Assembly: GCA_045106645.1 (NCBI GenBank) | Contig: JBGCEY010000039.1 | Span: 1,701-65,700 of the forward strand | Length of the DNA stretch: 64,000 nucleotides | Reading direction: 5' to 3' | Source of the DNA: Ilumatobacter sp. | GTDB lineage: Bacteria > Actinomycetota > Acidimicrobiia > Acidimicrobiales > Ilumatobacteraceae | In this document: positions 37,859 to 47,946 of the stretch, piece after piece | Position numbering within the stretch: the first letter of the stretch is position 1 | Layout: each line of letters opens with the position of its first letter | Position numbers and translations under genes: made by a program | Notes under the pieces: generated by a model | Database searches by the model: none | What the model saw: the letters and a program-made list of their open reading frames with translations, nothing else | What the model was told of the DNA's origin: nothing

Positions 37859-38701
37859 ATGTCAAACGTCATCAAGGCAGCGCTGTTCCAGACCGACTGG
37901 ACCGGCGACAAGGAATCGATGATCGTCAAACACGAGCAAGCAGCTCGTGATGCGGCGGCCGACGGAGCGCAGATCATGTGCTTCCAGGAGCTGTTCTACG
38001 GCCCGTACTTCTGCCAGGTTCAGGACGCGCAGTACTACGAGTACACCGAGTACATCCCGGATGGTCCGACCACGAAACGGTTCCAGGCGTTGGCCAAGGA
38101 ACTGAACATGGTGCTCGTGCTGCCGATGTACGAAATCGAACAACCCGGCGTGTACTACAACACCGCAGCGGTCGTCGACGCCGACGGCAGCTACCTCGGC
38201 AAGTACCGCAAGCAGCACATTCCTCAGGTGCAGGGGTTCTGGGAGAAGTTCTACTTCAAGCCAGGTGACGGGGGCTACCCCGTGTTCGACACGGCGGTCG
38301 GCAAAGTCGGCATCTACATCTGCTACGACCGCCACTTCCCGGAGGGATGGCGAGCGCTCGGCCTGAACGGTGCCGAGATCGTGTTCAATCCATCAGCCAC
38401 CCACCGTGGACTCTCCGAGTACCTGTGGAGTATCGAACAGCCAGCAGCGGCATGCGCGAACATGTACTTCGTGGGTGCGATCAACCGGGTCGGAATCGAG
38501 GACCTCGGCGAGAACGACTTCTACGGCCAGAGCTACTTCGCCGACCCGCGAGGGCAGTACGTCGGCGACAAAGGTGATGCCCACGCGCCCGAACTGATCG
38601 TGCGTGATCTCGATCTCGATCTGATCCGCGAAGTGCGCGACGGCTGGCAGTTCTATCGAGACCGCCGCCCCGAGGCCTACACCGAACTCACCGAGTACTG
38701 A
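37859..38701 (+). CDS. Beta-ureidopropionase (nitrilase family)
   Basis: E-K-C triad: FQELF, YRKQHIP...FWEKFYF, ICYDRHFPEGWR. Confidence 0.9.
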   Translation: MSNVIKAALFQTDWTGDKESMIVKHEQAARDAAADGAQIMCFQELFYGPYFCQVQDAQYYEYTEYIPDGPTTKRFQALAKELNMVLVLPMYEIEQPGVYYNTAAVVDADGSYLGKYRKQHIPQVQGFWEKFYFKPGDGGYPVFDTAVGKVGIYICYDRHFPEGWRALGLNGAEIVFNPSATHRGLSEYLWSIEQPAAACANMYFVGAINRVGIEDLGENDFYGQSYFADPRGQYVGDKGDAHAPELIVRDLDLDLIREVRDGWQFYRDRRPEAYTELTEY

Positions 38702-38712
38702 GGAGACACGAC

Positions 38713-40128
38713 ATGGCGACCACACTCATCAGCGGCGGAACCGTGGTGTCCGCAATCGGTCGGCGTGAAGCCGACGTACTCATCGACGGCGAATCGATCG
38801 CTGCGATCATGGCGCCCGGGCACGCCGCGTCCTACGGCATCACACCTGACGTCGTCGTCGACGCCACCGGCAAGTACGTCGTGCCCGGTGGTGTGGATGC
38901 TCACGTCCACATGTCCCTGCCGTTCGGTGGCACCGTGTCCGCCGACGACTTCGACACGGGGTCGCGCGCAGCAGCATGGGGTGGCGTGACCACACTCGTC
39001 GACTTCGCCTCGCAGCAGGTCGGCCAGGATGTTCGCGAGACGCTCGCCATCCGCCACGAAGAAGCAGCCGGCGAGTGCCACGTCGACTACGCGTTTCACC
39101 AGATCATCGGCGACGTCAACGAGCAGTCGCTCGAAGCCATGTCGCACCTGGTCGCGAACGAGGGCATCACCAGCTTCAAGATGTTCATGGCCTACCCGGG
39201 CGTGTACTACTCCGATGACGGCCAGATCCTGCGAGCGATGCAGAACGCATCGGAATCGGGCGGCCTGATGATGATGCACGCCGAGAACGGCATCGCGATC
39301 GATGTGCTGGTGGCCCAGTCCCTCGCTCGCGGCGACACCGACCCGAAGTATCACGCGTACACCCGACCCGAAGAGCTCGAATCCGAAGCCACGCACCGAG
39401 CGATCAAGCTGGCGCGCGTGGCGGGCAACGTGCCGCTCTACATCGTGCACATGTCTGCGTCCGAAGCACTTGAAGAGGTGTCGCGAGCTCAGCAGATGGG
39501 CCTCAACGTGTTCGCGGAAACCTGCCCGCAGTACCTGTACCTGTCGATCGAGGATCACCTCGCCCAGCCAGGCTTCGAAGGTTCGAAATGGGTCTGCTCG
39601 ACTCCGCTGCGGTCCAAGCACGAGCACCATCAGAAGGATCTGTGGAAGGGCCTGCGGATGAACGAGTTGGCGGTCGTGTCGACCGACCACTGCCCGTTCT
39701 GCATGAAGGACCAGAAGGAGTTGGGTATCGGCGATTTCTCCAAGATCCCGAACGGCATGGGTGGTGTGGAGCACCGCATGGAACTGATCTATCAGGGCGT
39801 GGTGATGGGGGAGATGACCCTCGAGCGCTGGGTGGAAACCTGCTGCACCACACCGGCGCGGATGTTCGGACTCGACAAGAAGGGTGTGCTCGAGCCCGGT
39901 GCTGATGCCGACGTGCTCGTGTGGGACCCGAACGGGGTCACCCACATCGGCGTGGACGGTAAGCACCACATGAACATGGACCACTCCTCATACGAGGGGT
40001 TCACCGTTGACGGCAAGGTCGACACGGTGCTGTCGCGCGGTGCCGTGATCGTCCAGAACGACACCTACCTCGGCCGCAAGGGCCACGGCCAATTCGTCAA
40101 ACGCGGCCTCTCCACGTACCTCCACTGA
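38713..40128 (+). CDS. hydA: Dihydropyrimidinase
   Basis: PGGVDAHVH, SFKMFMAY, MHAEN, YIVHMS, STDHCPF and KIPNG motifs. Confidence 0.93.
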   Translation: MATTLISGGTVVSAIGRREADVLIDGESIAAIMAPGHAASYGITPDVVVDATGKYVVPGGVDAHVHMSLPFGGTVSADDFDTGSRAAAWGGVTTLVDFASQQVGQDVRETLAIRHEEAAGECHVDYAFHQIIGDVNEQSLEAMSHLVANEGITSFKMFMAYPGVYYSDDGQILRAMQNASESGGLMMMHAENGIAIDVLVAQSLARGDTDPKYHAYTRPEELESEATHRAIKLARVAGNVPLYIVHMSASEALEEVSRAQQMGLNVFAETCPQYLYLSIEDHLAQPGFEGSKWVCSTPLRSKHEHHQKDLWKGLRMNELAVVSTDHCPFCMKDQKELGIGDFSKIPNGMGGVEHRMELIYQGVVMGEMTLERWVETCCTTPARMFGLDKKGVLEPGADADVLVWDPNGVTHIGVDGKHHMNMDHSSYEGFTVDGKVDTVLSRGAVIVQNDTYLGRKGHGQFVKRGLSTYLH

Positions 40129-40140
40129 CAGGCTTCAGTC

Positions 40141-41625
40141 ATGAATCGCATCTCGCACTGGATCGACGGCAAGGTCGTCGAGTCCACCTCTGGTCACTCG
40201 GCACCGGTCTATGACCCTGCCACTGGCGAGCAGACCGGAGCACTCGACTTGGCATCGGTCGCCGAAGTCGATGCCGCGGTCGCAGCAGCCAAGTCAGCAT
40301 TTCCCGCATGGCGTGCCACGTCGCTGTCCAGGCGCTCCGAGGTGATGTTCCGCATGCGCGAACTCGTCGACGCGAACCGCAAGGAGATCGCGTCGCTCCT
40401 CACTGCCGAGCACGGCAAGGTGCTGTCGGACTCGCTGGGTGAGGTGGCACGCGGTCTGGAGAACATCGAGTTCGCATGTGGGGTTCCGCAACTGATGAAG
40501 GGTGACTACTCCGAGCAGGCTGCGTCAGGCATCGACGTGCACTCCATCCGCCAGCCGCTCGGTGTTGTCGCCGGGATCACTCCGTTCAACTTTCCGGCGA
40601 TGGTCCCGATGTGGATGTTCGCCAACGCGCTTGCGTGCGGCAACACCTTCGTACTCAAGCCGAGCGAGAAGGACCCGTCGGTCACGATGCTGCTTGCCGA
40701 GCTGCTGGCGCAGGCAGGTCTTCCCGACGGCTGTTTCAACATCGTCCACGGCGACAAGCTCTCGGTGGACCGGATCCTCGATCACGTCGACGTGGCCGCG
40801 GTGAGCTTCGTGGGCTCCACGCCCATTGCCGAATACATCTACGAGACCGGCACCGCCAATGGCAAGCGTGTCCAGGCGCTCGGCGGAGCAAAAAACCACA
40901 TGCTCGTCCTCAACGATGCTGACGTCGCCATGGCTGCAGACGCCGCCGTGGGCGCAGCGTTCGGGTCGGCTGGCGAGCGGTGCATGGCCATCAGCGTCGT
41001 GCTTGCTGCGGATGGCATCGCTGACGAACTGGTCAACGAGATCGCCAAGCGAATCCCCGACATCAAGGTCGGCAACGGCAACGAACCCGGAAACGAGATG
41101 GGGCCGCTCATCACCGCGGAATCCCGCGACCGCGTGAAGGGCTACATCGATGCCGCTCCCGAAGAGGGCGCAACGGTCGTGGTCGATGGGCGTGAGAACC
41201 TTCCTGCGGATGGATACTTCGTGAACCCGACGCTGCTGGACAACATCACCACCGACATGGCCTGCTACACCGACGAGATCTTTGGCCCGGTGCTCGGTGT
41301 GATGCGGGTGTCCGGGTATCAGGAGGGCCTCGAGATCATCAACGCGAACCCGTATGCGAACGGCACGGCGATCTTCACCCGCGACGGCGGGGCCGCTCGC
41401 CAGTTCCAGTTCGAGGTGCAGGTCGGCATGGTCGGCGTGAACGTGGCGGTGCCCGTCCCCGTGAGCTACTACAGCTTTGGTGGGTGGAAGGCGAGTCTGT
41501 TCGGCGACACCCACATGTACGGCCCCGAGGGCATCAACTTCTACACGCAGGGCAAAGTCATCACGAGTCGGTGGCCGGACCCCGCAACCAGCACCGTGGA
41601 GCTCGGCTTCCCCGAAACCCGTTGA
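40141..41625 (+). CDS. mmsA: (Methyl)malonate-semialdehyde dehydrogenase, CoA-acylating
   Basis: TPFNFPAMVPMW, SFVGST, GAKNH, GERCMA, EIFGPV and FGGWKASLFGD motifs. Confidence 0.93.
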   Translation: MNRISHWIDGKVVESTSGHSAPVYDPATGEQTGALDLASVAEVDAAVAAAKSAFPAWRATSLSRRSEVMFRMRELVDANRKEIASLLTAEHGKVLSDSLGEVARGLENIEFACGVPQLMKGDYSEQAASGIDVHSIRQPLGVVAGITPFNFPAMVPMWMFANALACGNTFVLKPSEKDPSVTMLLAELLAQAGLPDGCFNIVHGDKLSVDRILDHVDVAAVSFVGSTPIAEYIYETGTANGKRVQALGGAKNHMLVLNDADVAMAADAAVGAAFGSAGERCMAISVVLAADGIADELVNEIAKRIPDIKVGNGNEPGNEMGPLITAESRDRVKGYIDAAPEEGATVVVDGRENLPADGYFVNPTLLDNITTDMACYTDEIFGPVLGVMRVSGYQEGLEIINANPYANGTAIFTRDGGAARQFQFEVQVGMVGVNVAVPVPVSYYSFGGWKASLFGDTHMYGPEGINFYTQGKVITSRWPDPATSTVELGFPETR

Positions 41626-41676
41626 CAACCAGTGAAGAAGTGCCTGGCACTTCTTCACCGCACAAGGAGACGCACG

Positions 41677-42705
41677 ATGGACATTGGATTGGTACTTCAG
41701 ACAACGCCCCCGGCAGCGCGCACGATCGACTTGGCCAAGCGTGCAGAGACCTACGGCTTCAGCAACGTGTGGACGTTCGACTCCCACATCCTGTGGCAAG
41801 AGCCGTACGTCATCTACTCCCAGATCCTCGCCGAGACGCGCAACATCACGGTTGGCCCCATGGTCACCAACCCGGCAACGCGCGACTGGACCGTCACGGC
41901 CTCCACGTATGCGACGCTCAACGAGATGTACGGCAACCGCACCGTGTGCGGTATCGGCCGCGGCGACTCTGCCGTGCGGGTGACCAACGGCAAGCCGACC
42001 ACGCTCAAGACGATGCGCGAATCCGTGCACGTGATCCGCGAGCTGGCCAACGGCCGCAGCGTCGACTACAACGACTCGACCATCACGCTCCCGTGGGCGG
42101 CCAAGAGCACACTCGAAGTGTGGGGTGCCGGATACGGACCCAAGGCACTCAAGATGATCGGTGAGACCTGTGACGGCTTCATTCTGCAACTTGCCGACCC
42201 GCAGATCACCGAGTGGATGATCGCTGCCGTGCGCTCGGCAGCAGTTGATGCGGGCCGTAACGCCGACGACATCACCATGTGTGTGGCCGCTCCGGCATAC
42301 GTCACCAATGGAAGTGCCGAGGCACTGGAACACGCACGCGATCAGACCCGCTGGTTCGGTGGCATGGTCGGGAACCACGTTGCCGACATCGTCGATCGGT
42401 ACGGAGCCGATGCTGGCGTTCCCCAGGCGCTCACCGACTACATCGCAGGTCGGAAGGAATACGACTACAACCAGCACGGCAGCGCGGCGAGTGAGCACGT
42501 GGACTTCGTGCCCGACGACGTGATCGATCGGTTCTGCATCCTCGGCTCAGTCGACGAACAGCTGGCACGTTTGAACGAACTGAGAGCGCTCGGGGTCGAT
42601 CAGTTTGCTGTGTACCTCCAGCACGACGCGAAGGATCACACGCTCGCCGAGTACGGCGAGAAGGTCATTCCGGCGTTGGCGGAACAAGCCCTCGCGAAGC
42701 AGTAA
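41677..42705 (+). CDS. LLM-class, probably F420-dependent, oxidoreductase (TIGR03842-like)
   Basis: WTFDSHILWQEPY, GPMVTNPATRDW, GIGRGDSA and ILQLADP; context next to hydA matches my recollection of this family. Confidence 0.85.
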   Translation: MDIGLVLQTTPPAARTIDLAKRAETYGFSNVWTFDSHILWQEPYVIYSQILAETRNITVGPMVTNPATRDWTVTASTYATLNEMYGNRTVCGIGRGDSAVRVTNGKPTTLKTMRESVHVIRELANGRSVDYNDSTITLPWAAKSTLEVWGAGYGPKALKMIGETCDGFILQLADPQITEWMIAAVRSAAVDAGRNADDITMCVAAPAYVTNGSAEALEHARDQTRWFGGMVGNHVADIVDRYGADAGVPQALTDYIAGRKEYDYNQHGSAASEHVDFVPDDVIDRFCILGSVDEQLARLNELRALGVDQFAVYLQHDAKDHTLAEYGEKVIPALAEQALAKQ

Positions 42706-42724
42706 GAACTACTGACCAGCAGAG

Positions 42725-42743
42725 TTAGGGCAGCTTCACAAAG
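42725..42743 (+). promoter_or_regulatory. IdeR/DtxR-like iron box
   Basis: TTAGGGCAGCTTCACAAAG shares 14/19 positions with the actinobacterial variant TTAGGGCAGCCTAACCTAA. It sits upstream of -10 TAGTGT (42749-42754) of the ferritin-like gene. Confidence 0.5.
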
Positions 42744-42761
42744 TCCGCTAGTGTTGACTTC

Positions 42762-43208
42762 ATGGTTGATTCGATCATTCAGACGGAGCACATCAATCCG
42801 GTGTTGAACGACATCATGTTGGCCGAACTGGCCGGCGTGGTTCGATACACCCACTACTCCTTGGTGATCACCGGGCCGAATCGTCTGCCGCTGGTTGCGT
42901 TCATGCAGGAGCAGGCAGACGAATCGCTGGTCCATGCTCGCCAGGCAGGCGAGATCCTCACCGGTCTCGGAGGTCACCCGACGCAGGGCATTGGTTCGAT
43001 CGAGGAGTCCCACGATCACAGCATCGAGGCGATCTTGCGCGAGTCGATCGAGCATGAGCGTCGAGCGCTCGACCTGTATCGCAAGCTGCTCGAGTTGTCG
43101 GAGAACAACTCGGTGTACCTCGAAGAGTACGCACGGACCCAGATCGGCCAAGAAGAACTGCACGTCATCGAGATGAACAAGCTTCTTCGCGACTACACGA
43201 TTGGCTGA
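42762..43208 (+). CDS. Bacterioferritin/ferritin-like protein
   Basis: ELAGVVRYTHYS, QADESLVHA, EHERRAL and QEELH diiron-type residues. Confidence 0.88.
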   Translation: MVDSIIQTEHINPVLNDIMLAELAGVVRYTHYSLVITGPNRLPLVAFMQEQADESLVHARQAGEILTGLGGHPTQGIGSIEESHDHSIEAILRESIEHERRALDLYRKLLELSENNSVYLEEYARTQIGQEELHVIEMNKLLRDYTIG

Positions 43209-43209
43209 C

Positions 43210-43581
43210 ATGGCTGGTCGCAAGCTCGCGCTCGTTGCGCAGCCGCCGCTCGTGGCGGTCTGCGTCGGCAAGGACTGCCGCAAGCAGGATGGGTACGACA
43301 AGCTGCGCACGGAGCTCGACGCACGTTGTGATGTCGTTGACCTGAAGTGCATCGGCGTGTGCAGTGGACCGGTGGTTGCGGTCGCGCACCGCGGGAGTGC
43401 CCCGAGCGTCTATTCGAAGCTGCGCAGCAAGCCGCAGCGGCGCCTGCTGATGTCGCTCCTTGCCGGTGACGCTGCGGCACGGCGAGATCTCTCGAAACGT
43501 CGCGTGCTCAAGAAGAAGGCGATCAACCAAGCGCTGCGTCAACTGAAGCGACGCACTGTCGTGGACAAGCGCGCTGCCTGA
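43210..43581 (+). CDS. Thioredoxin-like [2Fe-2S] ferredoxin-domain protein
   Basis: VCVGKDC...KCIGVCSGPVV Cys pattern. Confidence 0.7.
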   Translation: MAGRKLALVAQPPLVAVCVGKDCRKQDGYDKLRTELDARCDVVDLKCIGVCSGPVVAVAHRGSAPSVYSKLRSKPQRRLLMSLLAGDAAARRDLSKRRVLKKKAINQALRQLKRRTVVDKRAA

Positions 43582-43614
43582 CGGGTCGGTCCATGCTGCA
43601 GTGACCGCTGGAAT

Positions 43615-44556
43615 TCAACGCCAACGTGCGAGCTGACGAACGAGTCGTTGCGCCGACACGAGCCCGAGCGCGTTGAACGTCAGCGACACCAACCCGACCG
43701 TTCGAGAGAGCACGACAGCTCGTTCGATGTCGCCAACCTGGGGAGGACGTCCAGCCCCGAGTTCACCGCGATCATCGACCACATCGCCATAGACGTTTGA
43801 ACCGCCGAGCTTGACCCCGAGCGCTGCCGCGAACGCAGCCTCGACCAGCCCCCCGTTCGGCGATGGATGCTGCGGAGCGTCGCGTCGCGCCGTTCGCAGG
43901 ATCTCGCGGGAACGGTGGGGGCGGGCCGCAGCGATCGCAAGGGTGGTGAGCCGCGCCGGAACCCAGTTGGCGAGATCGTCGAGTCGAGCACTCGCCCAGC
44001 CGAAGCGTTCGAATCGCTCGCTGTGATGGCCGACCATTGCATCCATCGTGTTCACGCACCGGTGAGCAGCAGCTCCAGGGGCGCCGCCAACAGATGCCCA
44101 GAACGTGGTGGCGGTGACGGCGTCGACCGTGTTCTCCGCCAGCGATTCGATCGCAGCTCGGCACACGTTGGCTTCGGTGAGTTGGCCGGTCTCACGCCCG
44201 ACCAAGCCGCCCACGCGATCTCGGGCCGCAGCGAGGTCGCCAGCAGCCAGCACGCGAGCAACGGCTCGTCCCTCGTCCTCGAGCATGCGTGGAGCCATCG
44301 CCAACGCTGCAACCACAACCGTCGCTGTCGGTGCCCCGACGGCGCGCCGCGCGAGCGCACCGGTGCCGACGCCGAGGAACAGGCCGAACGTGGTGTATGC
44401 CGCGCCCCGGCTGCGAGTCGGCAGGTACATCCGCTGTTCCATCCATTCCATGGTGCTGCCGAAGAGCACCACGGGATGCACCGCCACCGGCGGCTCCCCA
44501 ACCAATCGATCGACGACCCACGCCGCGGCGACGGCGAGCGCGGTGACGCGGTTCAT
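43615..44556 (-). CDS. cbiB: Adenosylcobinamide-phosphate synthase
   Basis: GEP...HPV, LVGRET, ESLAEN, NTMDAMVGH, ARLDDLANWVPARL and PSPNGG motifs. Confidence 0.93.
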   Translation of the reverse strand: MNRVTALAVAAAWVVDRLVGEPPVAVHPVVLFGSTMEWMEQRMYLPTRSRGAAYTTFGLFLGVGTGALARRAVGAPTATVVVAALAMAPRMLEDEGRAVARVLAAGDLAAARDRVGGLVGRETGQLTEANVCRAAIESLAENTVDAVTATTFWASVGGAPGAAAHRCVNTMDAMVGHHSERFERFGWASARLDDLANWVPARLTTLAIAAARPHRSREILRTARRDAPQHPSPNGGLVEAAFAAALGVKLGGSNVYGDVVDDRGELGAGRPPQVGDIERAVVLSRTVGLVSLTFNALGLVSAQRLVRQLARWR

Positions 44557-45494
44557 CGGGCCTCGGCGACCGACTCGAACGCACCGACGACTTGGTCGAG
44601 TTCCGAATCGCGCGGGATCGCCACTCGAAAGACCGAGTCGAGCCCGAAACTCGTGCAGTCTCGGACTACGACGTGATGCCGCGCCAGTTCGGTGCGCAGG
44701 GTCGCGCGATCATCGACGAGCACCCAGTTCGCCTCGGTCTCGTTCACCGAGAAGCCGAGCGATCGGAGCGAGCGTGTGAAATCCCCACGACTCGATGCGA
44801 GGGCGGCTGACCACACACCGAGATCGGTCGCGTCGAGGAGCGCGGGGAGCGCAGACAACGCAAGCGCATTGACGGACCATCGGGGCTGTCGCTGTCGCAC
44901 GGACGCCGCAGCCTGATCATCGGGAGCAATCACGTATCCGATCCGAAGGCCCGGACAACTCCACAACTTGGTGAGCGATCCGAGCCGCCACACCTCGTGG
45001 TCATCGAGGCGGCGGTCGGTCCAGTCGCCGGTCGCCAGCGGATAGAAGGCCTCGTCCCACACCTCGCCCGGTTGCACTGCGTCGGGAGTGCGCAGTTGCC
45101 CGAGTGGGTTCGATGGATTCGATCGCCAGCGTGGCGCTGCGACATCGACCTCACCCAGGTGGCGCCGGTAGAGCGAGAATTCAGGTTCTCGAAGGCTGCC
45201 AACCGGCTGGAGTCCCGCCACCAACGCAATCGCCTCGGCACCACCGTTGGTGAGCACGATGCGGCTGACGTCGACGCCGATGCTGTGTGCGAGGCACGCC
45301 GTAGCGCCCGATGGATCCGGGTAGTCGCTGATCGACCCAAGTCGTGTCGACAGCACGGCCTCGACGTCGGGAGCGAACGGATTCATGCTCATCGACAGGT
45401 CGACGAGCTCGTGTCGTTCGATGCCGAGCGCTTGAGCAATTGCCGCAGCGTCTCCACCGTGGTGGCCAGGAGCTCGGATCGGCCGTGGCGTCAT
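44553..45494 (-). CDS. Threonine-phosphate decarboxylase-like class I/II aminotransferase (cobalamin)
   Basis: HHGGD...[37 protein letters not shown]; coupled to cbiB. Confidence 0.85.
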   Translation of the reverse strand: MTPRPIRAPGHHGGDAAAIAQALGIERHELVDLSMSMNPFAPDVEAVLSTRLGSISDYPDPSGATACLAHSIGVDVSRIVLTNGGAEAIALVAGLQPVGSLREPEFSLYRRHLGEVDVAAPRWRSNPSNPLGQLRTPDAVQPGEVWDEAFYPLATGDWTDRRLDDHEVWRLGSLTKLWSCPGLRIGYVIAPDDQAAASVRQRQPRWSVNALALSALPALLDATDLGVWSAALASSRGDFTRSLRSLGFSVNETEANWVLVDDRATLRTELARHHVVVRDCTSFGLDSVFRVAIPRDSELDQVVGAFESVAEAR

Positions 45495-45525
45495 GATGCC
45501 AGTCTGGTGGCCGTATCCTGAGACC

Positions 45526-47721
45526 ATGACGTCGGAGACGCTCCAGGAGTCTCGAACCCTCGACTTCGAGGTGACCGGAATGACCTGTGGAGCGTGTGCG
45601 GCGCGGATCCAAAAGGTCCTCGGGCGCCAGAGCGGAGTGGAGCTCGCCGAGGTCAACTACGCAACCGGGCGCGCACAGGTGCTGCTGGGTGACGACACCG
45701 AGCCGGACCCGGTTGGGTTGAGCGCAGCGGTCGACAAGATCGGCTTCGAATTGGCGGTGGTGACGGCTGGGGGCGCACCCCGCCATGACGACGGCGCCGA
45801 AGCGGCACAGCGCACCATGTGGCTTCGCCGGGCGCTCATCGCTGCGCCGGTTGCGGTGTTCATGGTGTCCACGATGGTGTACCACGACACGGCGATGTCG
45901 ACGCCGTGGCTGCGATGGTTGCAGTTCGCGTTGGCGATCCCTGTGCAGTTCTATGTCGGCTGGCCAATTCTGGTGGCAGCGTTCGAGCGGACCCGCCACC
46001 GCAGCGCAAACATGGACACCCTCATTGCGTTGGGCACGCTCGCAGCGTTTGGGTACAGCTCGTACCAGCTGTTCACCGACGGGATGGAGCTGTACTTCGA
46101 GGCAGCGGTGGTGATCATGTTCTTCATCACGCTCGGTCGATACCTCGAAGCCCGAGCGAAGGGGCGCGCCGGCAAGGCGCTGCGTTCGCTGGTCGAATTA
46201 GGAGCGAAGGAAGCACGCCGGATCCGTGGTGACATCGAAGAGATGGTGCCCGTCGAGGCGGTGACGATCGGCGACATCGTCAAGGTGCGCCCCGGTGAGA
46301 AGGTGCCGGTCGACGGCCGAGTGATCGATGGGTCGAGCGCTGTCGACGAGTCGATGCTCACTGGCGAATCCCTTCCGGTCGACAAGCAGGTCGGCGACCT
46401 GGTGGTCGGCGCAACCGTGAACAGTTCCGGTGTGTTGACCGTCGCAGCCACGGCGACCGGCTCGGCAACGGCGCTCGCGCAGATCGTGAAACTGGTCGAG
46501 GACGCCCAGACCGGCAAGTCGGCTGCGCAGCGACTCGCTGACCAGATCTCCGCGGTGTTCGTCCCCATCGTGGTCAGCATTGCCACGCTCACCTTCATCG
46601 GGTGGCTGGTGCTCGGTGATGACAGCGCCGACGCCGTGAGCGCCGCGGTCGCGGTGCTGATCATTGCGTGTCCGTGTGCGCTCGGACTCGCCACGCCGAT
46701 GGCGATCATGGTCGGCACGGGCCGAGGGGCTCAGCTCGGCATCCTCATCAAGTCGGTGGAGGTGTTGGAGCGAACCCGCAACGTCAGCACGGTGGTGTTC
46801 GACAAGACCGGCACGCTCACGAATGGTGCGATGTCGGTGACCGACGTCGTCTCCAACGACGCGACGTCCGGTGATGAACTGCTTCGACGTGCCGGATCGG
46901 TCGAAGCCGACAGCGAGCATCCGATCGGCCACGCGATTGCCGAAGCAGCACGAGCCGCAGTCGGCGCATTGTCGCCGGTGACCGGATTCGAGGCGATCGT
47001 CGGTCACGGCATCCGCGCCGAGGTCGACGGCATCACCGTGTGGGTCGGCCGCCGCGAGTTGCTCGCCACGGCACACCTCGAGCTCTCCAGCCGGCTCGAA
47101 GCGAACGCGAGAGCGCTTGAAGATGAGGGCCGCACGGTGGTGTTCGTCGGCTGGCAGGACCGCGTGCACGGACTGATCGCCGTGGCGGACACACTGAAGA
47201 CGTCAGCCCCCGAAACCGTTGCCAAGCTGCACGAGCTCGGCCTCACCGTGGCCATGATCACCGGTGACAATCGACGAACGGCCCAGTCCATCGCCGGCGC
47301 GGTGGGCATCGATCGTGTGATCGCCGAAGTGTTGCCCGAGGGCAAACAGCGCGAAGTCGAGCGGCTGCAAGCATCGGGCGACGTGGTGGCCATGGTCGGC
47401 GATGGCGTGAACGATGCCCCCGCACTGGTGCAAGCCGACCTGGGCATCGCGATTGGAACCGGCACGGACGTCGCGATCGAGTCGAGCGATCTCACGCTGC
47501 TTCGCTCCGACGTTGCTGGGGTCGTCACCGCCATCGCGTTGTCCCGCGCCACGTACCGAACGATTGTTCAGAATCTGTTCTGGGCGTTTGGATACAACAC
47601 GATTGCGATTCCGCTGGCGGTTGCTGGATTGCTCAATCCGCTGGTGGCGGGCGCAGCGATGGCGTTCTCGTCGATCAGCGTGGTGCTGAACAGCGTCCGT
47701 CTCCGTAGGTTCGGGGCATGA
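45526..47721 (+). CDS. copA: Cu(I)-translocating P1B-type ATPase
   Basis: GMTCGAC metal-binding domain, [24 protein letters not shown] and MAFSS motifs. Confidence 0.93.
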   Translation: MTSETLQESRTLDFEVTGMTCGACAARIQKVLGRQSGVELAEVNYATGRAQVLLGDDTEPDPVGLSAAVDKIGFELAVVTAGGAPRHDDGAEAAQRTMWLRRALIAAPVAVFMVSTMVYHDTAMSTPWLRWLQFALAIPVQFYVGWPILVAAFERTRHRSANMDTLIALGTLAAFGYSSYQLFTDGMELYFEAAVVIMFFITLGRYLEARAKGRAGKALRSLVELGAKEARRIRGDIEEMVPVEAVTIGDIVKVRPGEKVPVDGRVIDGSSAVDESMLTGESLPVDKQVGDLVVGATVNSSGVLTVAATATGSATALAQIVKLVEDAQTGKSAAQRLADQISAVFVPIVVSIATLTFIGWLVLGDDSADAVSAAVAVLIIACPCALGLATPMAIMVGTGRGAQLGILIKSVEVLERTRNVSTVVFDKTGTLTNGAMSVTDVVSNDATSGDELLRRAGSVEADSEHPIGHAIAEAARAAVGALSPVTGFEAIVGHGIRAEVDGITVWVGRRELLATAHLELSSRLEANARALEDEGRTVVFVGWQDRVHGLIAVADTLKTSAPETVAKLHELGLTVAMITGDNRRTAQSIAGAVGIDRVIAEVLPEGKQREVERLQASGDVVAMVGDGVNDAPALVQADLGIAIGTGTDVAIESSDLTLLRSDVAGVVTAIALSRATYRTIVQNLFWAFGYNTIAIPLAVAGLLNPLVAGAAMAFSSISVVLNSVRLRRFGA

Positions 47722-47912
47722 CTACCACGCTCTCCGTGCCCGAGATCTCCTGTGGCCACTGCAAGGCGACGATCGAGGCCGCCGTTGGACCACTCGACGG
47801 TGTGGAGCGAGTCGAGGTCGACGTGGAGACCCGCATGGTTGTCGTCGACGGTGGCGACCTCGCAGCGGTCGTCGACGCGATCGAAGCAGTCGGGTTCGAC
47901 GTCGAGCGCTGA
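47718..47912 (+). CDS. copZ: Copper chaperone (HMA domain)
   Basis: [14 protein letters not shown]; 64 aa; overlaps the copA stop. Confidence 0.9.
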   Translation: MTTTLSVPEISCGHCKATIEAAVGPLDGVERVEVDVETRMVVVDGGDLAAVVDAIEAVGFDVER

Positions 47913-47946
47913 CGCGGTGAGAGCGCCGTGTCGTAGCATTCTCAGC

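Noticed and set aside
45495-45525. Cobalamin riboswitch upstream of the cob genes
   Set aside because: Only 31 bp are available and no B12-box is visible.
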